NCBI RefSeq assembly: GCF_018977255.1
Contig: NW_024704742.1
Span: 37,636,001 to 37,700,000 of the forward strand
Length of the DNA stretch: 64,000 nucleotides
Direction of reading: 5' to 3'
From: Callorhinchus milii
Taxonomy: Eukaryota
The position numbers and the translations under genes are program-made. Positions 46,901 through 59,400 of the stretch are shown in pieces. The notes below the pieces were generated by a model that worked only from the letters and a program-made list of their open reading frames with translations, had not been told where the DNA came from and did not search any database. Position 1 is the stretch's first letter. Every line of letters starts with the position of its first letter.

Positions 46901-48330
46901 TGGAGAATTGCACATTCCAAGCACAAGCCCATATAAAGACAAGTTAGAAAGCAGCAGTACAAAAGCTTAGTGAGTAAAAGCTATAAGGCCATCTGATGCA
47001 GTCTGATAGTTTTAAAAAGCCTGTACTTTTTTGCAGAATATACAGACGAGCCTGTTGGAAAAGCTTTACAGAAACAGGACAGACCTCGAGACAATTTTCC
47101 GAATCATTGACAGTGATCACTCAGGTATGTACTGACACTTTTCACGTGATCACAAATAAGGTTGGGTTAAGAAGATCATTTGGCCCGTTTGATCTAATCT
47201 TTCCAGAATACACCCTCCATCATCTTCCTATCACAGCATCAAGCTGATTCTTTTAAAAACAGTTCCAGCGTCCTGGCCTCAACCCTTTCTGATAACTCAT
47301 TAATTACTCTCTGTGTAAAAGAGAGTATTTAATTAATGGACAGATTACCAGAAAGGGCAGTTGAAGTCAGGATGCTGGCTCTACTTGAAACACATGTATT
47401 TACAGTTAATGATAACAGACATTTAATCAAATGAGAGGAATTAGTTTTCACTACCACACTCAGGGCGAGAATTTCTTTATGATGTGTCCTAGAGGAAGCA
47501 GAATGGCGATTTAACGCAAAAAGTCATTATTGCTAAATTTTTTGTGGTTTCACAACAATCTCAAGCAAATCAACATAAATAAAAGTAACATGTTTTGTGT
47601 GCTGTCAAATTTATGGTGTTATGATAAAAGTCAAGCTGTTGTAACACCAATATCATAGGAAGCAACAGACAAATTATTAATTAGATTAGAAAATAAAAAT
47701 AATCAGTTATTCTGCAGCAAACTTTTGCAAAAGTCTGAAATTGAGTTGTTTCACAATCAGATTGTTGTGTTCACTGGTTTTTAAATTCGTCCACTCTTTA
47801 AAATTTCTGGAATCTACTTCTTATTTTTAGACTGCCCAGTGTATTGATGGGTATGTTTAAGACAGACACCAGTAAGTAGAGTATTTTGTTAAATAATGGC
47901 TTCCATTGCTGAAATAGGTTATTAGGGAAGAGTGACAAGAGTCCATTTAAGAAACAGCTGGATCCTATAAATAGGGTTGGTATTCTGGCAGGATCAGATC
48001 AAAAGACCAAATGGCCTCCTTTATCCAAACTGCTTTTATGATTTTGCGAAGAGAAGAAATACCCTACAATTAAATTGATTCATTCTCATTCCCTTACTTT
48101 TGGCAGGGTTGATATCATTTGAGGAATTTCAACAGACTTGGAAACTCCTGAGTTCTCACCTGAAGGTTGAAGTCAGTGACAAAGGGATCTCTGACCTAGC
48201 TCGCAGCATCGACTTCAATAAGGATGGAAACATAGATATCAATGAGTTCCTCGAGGCTTTCCGACTGGTTGACAAGTCGCATTACAATGAGAGAGATGCC
48301 AATTTGTTGCCAGCCCCACAGAGCAGATAG
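31857..48330 (+). CDS. PPEF2: Serine/threonine protein phosphatase with EF-hands 2 (rdgC/PPEF family), 16 coding exons, ~747 aa
   Basis: IQ motif (IQRWYRQY), PPP motifs GDLHG, GDYVDRG, RGNHE, SASNYY and C-terminal EF-hands. All 16 exons are GT-AG and phase-consistent (sum 2244 nt). [16 protein letters not shown] and the long catalytic-domain insert favour PPEF2 over PPEF1. Confidence 0.92.
32200..32500 (+). repeat. Unclassified old dispersed repeat (copy 2)
   Basis: See 18460; ends TGTGTCAGACACCTAGCTGATC followed by A9. Confidence 0.7.
35236..35363 (+). CDS. PPEF2: PPEF2 coding exon 2 (IQ motif)
   Basis: [46 protein letters not shown] acceptor, GTAAGG donor. Confidence 0.93.
36041..36098 (+). 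CDS. PPEF2: PPEF2 coding exon 3
   Basis: [22 protein letters not shown] acceptor, GTAAGT donor. Confidence 0.92.
37104..37282 (+). CDS. PPEF2: PPEF2 coding exon 4
   Basis: DLISHIFTQ...[10 protein letters not shown]...[12 protein letters not shown] acceptor, GTAAGT donor. Confidence 0.92.
37966..38080 (+). CDS. PPEF2: PPEF2 coding exon 5
   Basis: [38 protein letters not shown]; tandem acceptor CAGTAGCAG (see findings); donor GTAAGC. Confidence 0.88.
38975..39021 (+). CDS. PPEF2: PPEF2 coding exon 6 (GDLHG)
   Basis: [19 protein letters not shown] acceptor, GTAAGT donor. Confidence 0.93.
40227..40393 (+). CDS. PPEF2: PPEF2 coding exon 7 (GDYVDRG, RGNHE)
   Basis: [28 protein letters not shown]...[16 protein letters not shown] acceptor, GTATTT donor. 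Confidence 0.94.
40438..40615. mobile_element. MITE with ~18-bp TIRs (Tc1/mariner-like)
   Basis: CAGTAAACTCCTGATAAC...GTTATCAGGTGTTTACTG|TA; related copies at 45568-45744 (opposite orientation) and 61079-61165 (partial). Confidence 0.72.
40875..40911 (+). CDS. PPEF2: PPEF2 coding exon 8
   Basis: (R)[15 protein letters not shown] acceptor, GTGAGC donor. Confidence 0.92.
41015..41164 (+). CDS. PPEF2: PPEF2 coding exon 9
   Basis: [35 protein letters not shown]...IDRHK; CAG acceptor, GTACAG donor. Confidence 0.93.
41630..42025 (+). CDS. PPEF2: PPEF2 coding exon 10 (catalytic-domain insert)
   Basis: [10 protein letters not shown]...[15 protein letters not shown]...LEWNQ, 396 nt open; CAG acceptor, GTGAGC donor. 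Confidence 0.88.
42793..42978 (+). CDS. PPEF2: PPEF2 coding exon 11
   Basis: [10 protein letters not shown]...[12 protein letters not shown]...[21 protein letters not shown] acceptor, GTATAA donor. Confidence 0.92.
43276..43329 (+). pseudogene. U2 snRNA 5' fragment (nt ~6-54)
   Basis: TTCTCAGCATCTTGGTTAAGATCAAGTGTAGTATCTATTCATATCAGTT is 43/49 identical to U2 nt 6-54 by hand alignment. Confidence 0.85.
43993..44135 (+). CDS. PPEF2: PPEF2 coding exon 12 (SASNYY)
   Basis: [36 protein letters not shown]...LTLRQ; CAG acceptor, GTGTGT donor. Confidence 0.93.
44484..44800 (+). mobile_element. tRNA-derived SINE, near full length (same family as in the array)
   Basis: GGAGTCCTGTGGCTCAGTGGTTAGAGC...GGTTCAATTCC head, CTTGGGCAAGTTTCC, body and (ATT)n tail. 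Confidence 0.85.
44849..44955 (+). CDS. PPEF2: PPEF2 coding exon 13
   Basis: [38 protein letters not shown] acceptor, GTAGGG donor. Confidence 0.92.
45568..45744. mobile_element. MITE, second copy
   Basis: TA|CAGTAAACACCCAATAAC...GTTATCAGGAGTTT; reverse-complement homolog of 40438-40615. Confidence 0.68.
46217..46380 (+). CDS. PPEF2: PPEF2 coding exon 14
   Basis: [29 protein letters not shown]...EPVAQ; CAG acceptor, GTAAGA donor. Confidence 0.92.
46488..46745 (+). repeat. Unclassified old dispersed repeat (copy 4)
   Basis: See 18460; ends TGTGTCAGACACCAGGCTGACCAAAAGAAAA. Confidence 0.7.
47037..47124 (+). CDS. PPEF2: PPEF2 coding exon 15 (EF-hand)
   Basis: [32 protein letters not shown] acceptor, GTATGT donor. 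Confidence 0.93.
48107..48330 (+). CDS. PPEF2: PPEF2 coding exon 16 (EF-hand, stop)
   Basis: [15 protein letters not shown]...[21 protein letters not shown]...QSR*. Confidence 0.93.
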
Positions 48331-48649
48331 GCAAGTATGTCAGAGTAACCAAAGAATGGAAATCTCAGCGAGGAAGCCAGACTGATTAGATGAACTTTCG
48401 CACACCTTAAAAAGTAAATGGAGGCAAACATACCTGATCAAATCTGATCCAAACACAATTTTCAATACGCTATTTAAAATCACGGCTGCTACAAAGATAT
48501 CCTGGTAACTTAGTTGTGCAATTATTGAGCTGTACAAACAATTATGCCTGACTGTACAGCAATCCTTTACAGGTGCCTGATTCTGTGGAATGATATTGTT
48601 TTCAGAGGTCTCACTTTCACATTAATACAGTTTACATTGCTTTATTAAA

Positions 48650-48655
48650 AATAAA
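48650..48655 (+). terminator. Candidate PPEF2 polyadenylation signal
   Basis: AATAAA ~320 nt after the stop (ATTAAA immediately before it), with GT-rich TTTGTGTTTGT about 35 nt downstream. Confidence 0.55.
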
Positions 48656-49356
48656 TGCTTTGCAAAGAATATCACTGTCGGCAACAATTTGTGTTTGTAT
48701 TGGTATCACTGATAAAACGCTTTATTTTTAAAACCCATTTTGTATCTCATTACCATATTCCTATCACTACTGTTTCAAAATGGGTTTTGGGCTCCATCGA
48801 TGACCTCCATCAGTAGGTCAATAATCTACCCAGTGCAATACTGGACCATAATAATAATAATCCTTGCATATACTGTAGATAGACCATGACAGTTGGATAT
48901 CAAATAGACATAGTCCTAAAGACACTATTTCCAGCTGGTTTCAGAAATGGAATATTTACATTGGTGCGATGGGTTCTCTGAGGTCATGGTGCAAGTATAT
49001 TGCTTGGGCTGAGTGGAGGAAATTTTCCTTGCATCGAGTCTGTGCTATAGCTATAAGATGCGGTAGACGCCAGAACTGAATACCAGCTCCTCTCTCACTA
49101 GTTCTGAGCCAGGCATGTTATCCGGGGAAGCGGAATGAAGGCAACAACTTTTTATGACACCTGACAGGTACTGACAGCTCTCAGCAAGTTCTCAGTCTGC
49201 ATTAGTGTTCCATCACTGCTGGTAAAGTGGAGGAAGCAGAGGTCATGCAGAATTATATCGTGGGTATTAACTATTTGTGCTACAAATTAAGCACAGATGA
49301 AAGGGAAGTCAGCATTACAATAACAAACATAAACAGATGGTTATTAAAGCAAATTG

Positions 49357-49362
49357 TTTAAT
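49357..49362 (-). terminator. Candidate NUP54 polyadenylation signal
   Basis: ATTAAA on the minus strand followed by GT-rich CTGTTTATGTTTGTTATTGT. Confidence 0.4.
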
Positions 49363-50322
49363 CAGAATCAATTTCTCCTTTGCATAATTGTTACAAATTT
49401 TAATGTACTAAAACAAGTCCTTCAGTAGTTTCTTTGTGTGGCCTTTGGCTTGCAACCATCATTGAGAAACACCGATGTGCAGGTTTCAAAGTGACAATCA
49501 TCAGGTACAATGGAAAAGATTTGTAAAAGTGAACCCCAATCCTTACCAGATATAAAAGGAGCTCCATACCATTTGCATGAGAAATACTGTGACTGACATT
49601 TTTAAAAAATCAATACCCTATGTTCCTTATGCTACAAAAATTGTACGTTTGTTTTCATATAAAGAGGTCTTGTGGGTATGTAGCACTTTCATATATGCTG
49701 TATTAATCAAGGTACCACTTGGCTATCACACCCTCTAGTACAGTATATCTGACATGTAGATACTCTTAAGGTTATCCTTTCAAGCTCCATTGACCCATAA
49801 ACTGTTTGAAACTACTAAGCACAATCAAATAAATGCAAAATGCTTGTGGCAAAATCTCAACATGTTCCTGATATACACTCAGGTTGGTACAGCCACTTCT
49901 TTTAATGTACAGTTATTAACAGCACTTTTTCTGTCCCTACCCATTCGATGTAGAATAGAGTCCACAGTACAGCTTTCAGATGGAAAACACTTAGAAAGGA
50001 AAACAAGTTCCAGTGTGTATATTTTTCAATTAAAATCAGCTACTGGGATGCTAGTGCTGCAAAGCTCCATAACTGGCTTCTTAATGAAGGGCTGACAGCA
50101 CCCAAGTGTATGACAAATACCCTAACACTGTTTGCTGAAACAACTGAAATATTCACTGAATAATAACATCCTCCACCACCACACACCTAATCTAGACCTG
50201 AGGTGCTGCATTTTTTGAGTTAAACAGTGAAACAAATGTTAGACAGGGAATGAATAATATGCACATTAAGTACCCGATATTACAGAAGTCTGTTTAAGCA
50301 ACATGCTGTTACAGAAAGGCTG

Positions 50323-50451
50323 TCAGCTGAAAAGATCTCGTCGAATGTGAACGCTCTCACTTAGCCCATGTTCAATCAGCTTCACATCCTCCAGATCTTC
50401 TTTCAGGACACTTATCAAATGGCTCAATCCTTCCTGCTGCAGCTTCAGGTG
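50323..50451 (-). CDS. NUP54: NUP54 last coding exon
   Basis: [42 protein letters not shown]. Confidence 0.93.
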   Translation of the reverse strand, partial: HLKLQQEGLSHLISVLKEDLEDVKLIEHGLSESVHIRRDLFS

Positions 50452-53400
50452 CTAGAAAGAGAAACAAGGGACATCAGAGGCCTGAAATTACTCACGGTCT
50501 AAAGTTAAACATTCTTAAGTTCAGCCTTAGACTGGAAGTCATTCCAAATCGGCTTCCAAACACAAACAAATTAAATTGTTAAAATGCTCACATTTTAAGT
50601 CAATGGTCTTAAGAAATTTGGGGTCTCAATGACCTGTCAAAATAATCTTTGCTTGATGAAATCAGGGACGAGAATCAACAACTTTATTGCACCATTCTGG
50701 TGACAATCTTTATTTGCAAAACAAAGGAAGCAAATTATATTTAAAATTCTGTACAGCTGTACAGTCGAGCTATCTATTTTTGTTGCTATATCTTTACTTT
50801 GTAAAATGGCATGAAATAAAGGACTAAAGGAAATGATGAGAGCATTTGCTGGGAATGAGCAATAGTCTGTTTAAGTGAAAAACAGGATACCTAGAAAATA
50901 GTGTGGTGGGGAAGAGTTTCAATTGAGAACAAGAAAAGAAAGAAATCAAAGCAAAGCCTAACAAAAACAAGATGTTACTTCTGTGCAGATATCCAAAATG
51001 AGCCAATGTAAAACAGTGGAAAGACTCCTATATACAACCAAAGTGGCATGAGAGGTAAGGCAGGTGGTAAAATTTCACGTTCAAGAGGCAACATTTCAAC
51101 TACAAAAAGCTGCTTTGGTACAGAATTTGTTTCTGCAAATAGAGGAGCAGGTTGCAGCTTACCTGCTTGATCTCCCCCAAGAGATCTCCATCCACACTGT
51201 ACCTCTCTTCTGATTTCACACCTCCAACATGATTTTGCATTCTTATCTGGGACATCAATTCATTCAGACGACCCTGCTCACAAACATAACCATAATTGTA
51301 ATACGCTGACTTTTCAATGACCAATTACAAATTTACATTTATTTAGTGCCTTTCACATTGGGAGAATGTCCCAAAGATATGTTTTGGTTTCACAGTACTT
51401 TAAGACATAAACTTCTGTTTCTTCTTACAATTCATGGAGAGTGCATTCTGTACCTTAAACTGGGTTGGTGCATTCAATTCACACTGTATGGTATCTAACT
51501 GCACTCGAAGCTGCTCCTCATCAGCCTGAATGGCGTAGCCAGCCTTCCTCTGGATCTCCTGCTTTATTAAGACCTGGAGAGAGGAAACGTTTTGCTTTGA
51601 AATTCTCCAAATATAAATTTATATAGATTCATCCAAATTCTAAGAGAATAAATACTTTACAAAATTAAGATGAACATAATCTTTAAAAGTGTAAATCTCT
51701 GTGTGTGTCTGTTCCTCGCTTTTACACACATCCACCACATGCATTAAATTACCTGCAAGACCCTGTGAGACAAATCCATCAGTTTTCTCTTGTACTGAGC
51801 TATTTTTGCCACTGTTGTGGCTTGATTCTTCTGTAGTTCATTGACATCCTCAGATATAATCTGGAGAAAAAACAAAGACACCCCAGTTGAGTGCTTTCTG
51901 AGGTTTTACAGATATTCCAAGAAAACCACGCCAAATTGCCAGTCTACATTGTTCTCCCGACGTGAAAGGTGGTTTACAAATGTAATTTTGTTGTCAGTCT
52001 AAAACGACAATGCCACACAAGGTTTTGGGTTCCAGCCCCACGTAAGGTCCTTGAACTCATAGTCTAACCCGACTTTCCAATACAATGCTGGGTGAAGGAG
52101 GGTCAGGAGTGTTGCGTTATCATAGGTACCATCCTTCGGATAAGATGTTATACTGAGGTCCTACCTGCCTATTCAGGTGGATGTTAAAGGTCCTATGGCA
52201 TTATTTGAAAAGGGAAGAGAAAAGGGACGTGTCCTGGCCATAATAAAAAGGGATGTGTCCTGGCCATAATAAAATTAATACGATCTTGTGAGGTGCTATA
52301 GAAAATGATAGAATCATTATTATTTTATTACTATAAAATCAAAACAATTAATTTCATGTAATAATCTGTGCAGTACTGAAAAAGTCCTGAGTGGAGGAAT
52401 AGCGGAGTGTCAGAGTAATGCTGTACAATTCGAGCACTTTTCAAAAGAATCACAAACATCTGACTTGATGGGAAAGGCGTTATTCAAGTGTAAATTGATT
52501 TGCTGACTAAAGATTTACAAGTGATTGTTAATCCAGGGTTTAACTCACGTCCAGTCTGCTCTGGTGCTGTTTCGTCATCTGCTCCTGAAACTTGAGCCTC
52601 CGCAGTAATTCCTTAAAACCAACCATCGGCACTGGTATCAATCTTAGAGAGAAGGGAGTGACAACTAGCAATTAAACAAGTCGGTCATTTATAATAATCC
52701 TTTCGAAATTGGCTTTGTGCTTATTCTAAAATGGCTAAATGAAGAACTTTTTCTATAATTTTCTACACAGCATAAAAATATCTGAACCACAATATTCCTC
52801 ATAGACCACTTACCTCTCTTGAAAAGAGAGGACTGAGAAGGGTTGATATAGGTGTTTAAAATTGTACTGTTTTGGGGAGGGGTGGGGGAAAGCATGAGGA
52901 GAGAAAAGACCTCTATATGGGGGGAGGCAAGAGAATGAGAAGAGCTGGCACTGGGTGTGGGGTAGAAAAGAACTAGCACTGTGAGGGAGAGAGAGAGAGG
53001 AGGGAGAGAGAAAGGAGCTGGTATTATGAGTGTAGAGAAGGACTCGCATCTGTATAAAAACATGTCAATTTAAATATTCCCGTTATAGTGCGATAATTGG
53101 GGTCCATAAAATCCCAACCAGAACTATAACAGGATATAATCAGCCGTCAGCAATTCTGCATTCGCCTTTGAGCCTGGACATGCACATCCAGGCTTTGATA
53201 AAAGAGAGCATCACAGCCAAACCTAGTCCACTCGCAACATCCATATGCTCCCAGTGCTATAAACAGCCTGAAGGTAAATGCCCATTTGAATAATAATCCT
53301 TGCATTCAATATAGCGCTTTTCATGTCTTCGAGGAAAGACTCCATCCACACTTCAACCCCAGATAGTGTGCAGGAAGCCAAAATGGCTGACTTCTTGGGC

Positions 53401-56400
53401 ACCAGGTCACTGAGGACATCACTACTTGCATGCTGTACATCTGCAGCGATTTGATAACCCAATGATGTCAATCAGGTTGACATTTTGAAATGCCGAGTGT
53501 GCCAATTTTGGATTTGTGATTAAGTAAACGTTAGGGTTCACATAGGCGATTAGTTGTGTTGTAACAAAGCAAGTCATAATAGGGTTATATTTCTTGGGGG
53601 GAAGGAGGAGGAAAGAAGCAAAAAAGGGAACAATATGTAGAAACCTACTTTTCAGGATCAGGGTTATCAACTTTAGCTTGTTCCCAAATTATTGGATCGA
53701 CACCTGTAACAGAAAAATAAATGAGTTACAAAAAGCTTTGGCACTGCAATTTCTTAGTTCGAAAACACTTAATGAGTAAAATCAAATAGATTTTTGTGAC
53801 AAGTTACTTGTACCAATATACTTGGGCTGCGTGTGTGGCAGGTCCCCTCTCTCCCCGGCTCAGCGTCAAACTCTGCCATTTTTAAGAACCCCAAGACTCT
53901 ACCTTGTGTGAAGTAGAGCATATTAATGGAACTTGCTGCTATTATTGTTATTGTGGCTCAAGGTCTCTTTTAGACTGACTCTCCATCACCTGGATCAGGT
54001 CCTCAGCAGACTGATATTGACCACACAGTAATACAGTGATATTCCATTTCCTTTGTTATTCTCCAGGAAAGAACAACAAAATGTTATAAAGAACCCAATT
54101 TGTCCCCATTTCCATACAGCAAATGAAAAACCCCAATAGAGAATAGATTTTAAATTATAAGAATCTCTCCCTCTTCTTCCACACACATTCCTGCCATAAA
54201 CATCTAGCCTTCACTTGGCAGTTACCTTGCTGAGGGAGGGGCCAAGGGGGTAGGGAGGGGAGAGGTGACCAAAAGCATTGTCAAAGAGGAACGTTTTGAG
54301 ATGTGCCTTGAACGAGGGAGCGAGTAAGAAAGATGGAGCATCCCCTAAAGTGTTCTTTGGTTGTGTGTTTGGCTCTTGAAAAAGAAATAAATGAATCAAT
54401 GTGGTGACCTGATAAAAGCTCTGATGATGTATAAAATGATTTTGGCAATGTAAATAATGATACTAATCCGTACATGTCATATAGCCCTTTATCATGTTGG
54501 AAGGACGTCTCAAAGTGCTTCACAGGATTTACTGTGAAATGGAGTGACTGTGTATTTGTAGGCAAATGCAGCAGCACAAATGTGCACAGCAATGTCCTAC
54601 AAACAGCCATGAAACAAATGACCGATTTTATTTTGGGGGATTCTTGGCCAGGATACTGGGAGAAACTCCCTCCCTTTTCAATAGTGCCAATGTAAAGATC
54701 AAGGACATCACTGAACTCCTCATACCCAGCTACATTTGGATTGTTTCCAATACTCAGTGTTGTTGTATGTTGGCTGTTGCCAGCAGGAGCACCTACCAGC
54801 AGGCGGGTTCTGAAGCAGCTGCTTTATCTGAGCTGGGGAGAGTTCAGTCCTGGGGAGTGTGACCAACACTCCTAACTGCATCAACTGGTTCTTCACGTTG
54901 GCCTGTTCCAGGAGGCTGTAGAGGTTTGTTGCTGGAACACGCCTCGAGTTTCCATTTGGAAAACGTTCAATGATGTAAATCACCATCTCCGTTCTGAAAT
55001 CAACAGTAATTGTATATAACGTAAATCCACGCATTCGGTTCTGGCTCTCCTCTCAGATAAGGGTTTAAAAGTGCATCGCTGAATACCAAAGCATTTCACC
55101 CGATCTCTAGCCTTTGCTGTTGCTGACCTGGGAGGGATCAACGTTAAAGAAGCAAAAAGAGTCTTGTATCTCAACAATGATTTCCATTAACAACCGCAAA
55201 CATTTGTGTTAAAGAGATGTCTGGCCCCCAAGATACTCACTGATCGTCTGGCAGGGCTCGCACTCCCTCAACATTCACCATGATCTGTTGCAACCCTCCC
55301 AGGATTTTGTGCAGAGACTCCACCAGCTGTTGCTGCTGATTGCGGATGTCTGTTTCCTTTTTGGCAAAAGCCAAAGCGACCAGACCATCCTCATCCTTAT
55401 TACTGGGAATGCAGCTGAAACCTACAGTCTATGGCAAGAGAGCGAGAGAGATAGAGAGAGAAAGAGGGGATTAGCATGTAAAGCAAAATTCAATTATTTA
55501 TTGTTGATAGCTCCTCGTTCTTTGAATAAAGTTTCATCTCCACACTTAAAATTCCCTTGTACAATCTATCTTCAGGCAATCTTCCACTCAGCCCTGTTTA
55601 CCCAGAGCCCTTTTCTGTCTACCTCCTCGATCTACATTGGCAGAGGGAACACGTGGACTCTGCAGCTGAGATGAAACTTTCCAGTCTGATTTGGATGCAC
55701 ATAATAATAATCAGCTAATGGTAATCAACAATAACCACAACGTTAAACAAATTTAAACAACTACTTGCATTTATATAGTGTCCTTCACATGGGTTTGCGT
55801 CTCGGAATACCCTGATGCTGAGCCAGAGAATCTTAATAATAGCTTCATAATAAATAATAATCCTTGCATTTGATATAGCACCTTATCAAGTTGTTGAGAA
55901 ATCTTAATTCACCTCACAGAATATATACAGACAGGTTTATATGTGAATGATGAACTTGATCCTGAATTGAGGAGCACCTCTCACTGTTAGCAATTTACCA
56001 GTCTTGCTCATTTGTTCAACTTCAACACACCAGCATGCAGAAAAATCAACAACATGCATTATGTATTTTTAAGTATCTTAGCGTCTTTCTTATGAAAAAA
56101 AACTTGCAGACAGTGTGCTTTGCTATGAATACAAAACTTGATTTCTTTCACTAACCTTAAATCTACAGAAAGGATTTTCTTGAGTGAACTCAACAGGAGC
56201 CAAGTTATTGTGAAAGTAGCCTTTTCCAGTACCCCAGAAAGCCTGAAGCTGGTTCCACTTGGCTAAGATAGCATCCCGCTCATCACCCAGTAGAGTAGGT
56301 GCAGAGAGGGCACTCGCTGTGTTTATCAACTGATTTGACTGAGTTTGAGGCTGCGCCACCTGTCCAAAGAGACCAGCTGCTGTAAAATATAAGTCACAAC

Positions 56401-59400
56401 CTTAGATTAATTATAATTGTTTGTGTGCAAGGACCTTTCAGTTGCCTCTAATAAAGATGAATGCAGAGAATTCAGTTTAACATATTACTGAGAAATTCTG
56501 CTCATCGCAAAGCCTGTGCTAAATAGCAAACATCAGCACTCAACCAACCAGCGGCTTCCAATAAAAATACAGAATTTAATGCAAATCTATCACAATGCCC
56601 CCTGTTTATAGCGTGGCCTCGCTATAAAAGTGCTGGTCACCTTCTGCTGCTGAAAAATGGCTGACCTCCAGGGTGCACAGGAAGCCTTCTGATATCACCT
56701 CACAAAGAAAGTGACATCAGCAGTGCTTCTTGCACATTACACTCTTGCACAGAAAGTGGAAATAGCAGGACTTTTTGTGCGTGGCATGAAGTGAGTGGAA
56801 GCCTAACAAATTGGTTGTCGGCTATTTAACTCTCTTCTGAGATATTGGATACAGAGTTCCACATTATAAGAGGCTGCCTTGACCTGAGCAGAGTTTACAA
56901 TAACAGCACTGCTGAATGTAGCCTCAGGTCAATGGTACAGATGCAAACTAAACAAGACGTCAACTAATCAAAACTATCTAATTCCACTTTAAAATACTTT
57001 CAAAGGTAAAGGGCTAAACTTGTAATCCAAGCAGATTAATTACTGGGCAGAAAAGGTTTATGATTCCTGTAAATTTTAAGTTGACACCTTAAATGGCTCA
57101 GTTACGCAGAGTCCTGCTTTTCTCTGAACTTACTTTGCTGCTGTTGCTGCTGAGTGCCAAAGCCACCAAATCCTCCAAATGTAGAACTAGTCCCAAGACC
57201 TGTCCCAAGAGCAGTGGCAGCATTTGCACCAAATCCACCACCAAATCCGAAACCTTTATTCTGTGCACTCTGGAAAAGTCCTAAAAAAACAAATATAAAA
57301 TCGTAGAATGATAAGATCCAGAAACATGTCACAGATTCACTGACATTCTTTGTGTTAGCAAACTGTTACCACACTGCTGTGAAGTACAAAGCCAGATATG
57401 AAATCTTCACATTTGTAGACGTTTTCTTTATCAGTGTACTTGTAAATACCATTTCCTCAACACAAAATTGAGAACAGTCTTATGGAGCAGTGACTAGAAG
57501 ATATCAGACAAGATAGTTAACAAACAAGCAAAAGGGGAGGTTAGGAGATTTTTTTTTCAAGCAGAGTGGTTAGTATATGGAATGCCCTGCTAGAAGCAGT
57601 AGTTGAGGCTGAATCCATATTAGCTTTCAAAAGAGAACTAGATAAATATCTAAAAAGGTAAACTACAGAGGTGTTGTAAATGGGACTGAAAGGATTGCTC
57701 TTTAAAGAGCCAGCACAGACATGATGGTCCAAATGGCCTTCCTCTGTATGATCAATTTCTATTGTTCTACGGTTCATCAACACTTTTGCTTAAAGACCAG
57801 TAGACCAAGAGCTGCAACACCGCAGCTCATTTTTCCTACCAATTTCTTTTGTATTGAAACAGGAGTATACAGTTCAAAGTCTTACCATCAACATCCTTTA
57901 ACAATGAAACCTCTATAAAGAATTTTGATTTGTTGAACTTTCCTTTTACCTTGCTTTGATTTTAAAACAGGTGAATGTGATTGTAATACCAGGGGTGAGA
58001 AAGATGGAAACAGCTCAGTGTCATACCGTGCAATGCAATTATTGAACCCAACAGTATAAGATACTAGAATTAACACTCTTGGAGGTATAGCCTTTAAAAC
58101 AGTGTTTCAATGTTTATATCCAGTCAATTGGGTAGGTAACATACCTTTCTTGCACGGTGATTTCTCCTAGAAATTTGTTCCCAAAGGATGAAAACATTCA
58201 GCGTTTAAAATAATATGCAATTGTATTGAGATAGAGTACCCTGCCTCTCCTCAAGAGACCATTATTCATGTCTGAACTTTGACAGTGAATGTTAGTAGGC
58301 TATTCGATCATGGATGTGGCGACACAGACAAGAATAATTCAGCCCTCACTCAATGTCCACATAGCAAGTACCCTGGACGATTTTGCTCTCTCTAACTCAG
58401 CTCAGGACGATCAGCACAAACCAGGATAAGGATGTATCCTATGTAATTATTTATGCCAACAAGGTGAGGTTCCACTGCATCTTTGTAACTCAGAAGTTTG
58501 ATTAACAAAAGCAAAAATCTTCAGTGGGTTATCTACAGATAGTGTTGTATTTTAGTGAACTAGATGGGAACAAGGACTGAGAAAAAAAGAAATTAGAGTA
58601 GCAGACAGTAATAAAGCCGGGTTAGGCTCTGGAGTCTGAAGAAAATCTCAATTACTGTAATCTGAGCAACAATTAGTGCAAATAGAATTTATGTGGGGAA
58701 AGGGTTAGGATTCACATTTCTGTGCAAATCCCAGTTACAATAATGGGGTTCAGTATAATGTAGGCGTCTAAGAATCCAGTTCGGATCCATTACCACCATT
58801 ATAAAATAAAACAGAGGGCTATCCCGCTAATTTAACAACATGCCAGACAGAACCTTCTAGTGCTGCTATTGCCATAAATAAGCCCACTTCTTCAGGAGTC
58901 AATAAAAATTGCCATTAGAAATGGTTTTCTAGCTAACAGGGTTACATATTTTATTAAAATTGCAGTAAGCTTCCACCACAGAAGGAGTCAATTGTGCCAG
59001 GTTGGAGCTGACTCCCTTACTTGTGCTATTTCCTCTAATTCTATTTCCTTGTTCTTCCCCATTCCTGGAATAATATTAAAACTGAGCTCCGGTGAATCTT
59101 GCAAGCTAAAGCTCGAATGGGTTGGGTTGGGTGGGGGTCTAGCTATAGCTGGATAAATAGTGGGATGCTTGCCAGTCAGTATCCTCAATGGTTTTAGCTG
59201 GTTAGACTCCAGCAGTATCACAATGACACTTAGTAAGCGGTTGCGTCTATCCAGGGAGAGAGTGCACATCCCGTTCGAGACACAGGGATTATATATGTGG
59301 AGCTCTCAGTTAGGTTTGGATACTCTTATGCGTATGTGTCAAACACCTATCTGACCAAAATAAAATGCCAAGTTTTTTTCCTTATGCTAAGTGATTACTA

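Noticed and set aside
31857..48330. PPEF1 assignment
   Set aside because: Exon 2/3 sequence, the long insert containing [12 protein letters not shown] and linkage to NUP54 fit PPEF2 better; a tree would settle it.
48641..48655. Bidirectional poly(A) site TTTATTAAAAATAAA shared by PPEF2 and NUP54
   Set aside because: Common by chance in AT-rich DNA, and NUP54 has a nearer candidate signal at 49357; no 3'-end data.
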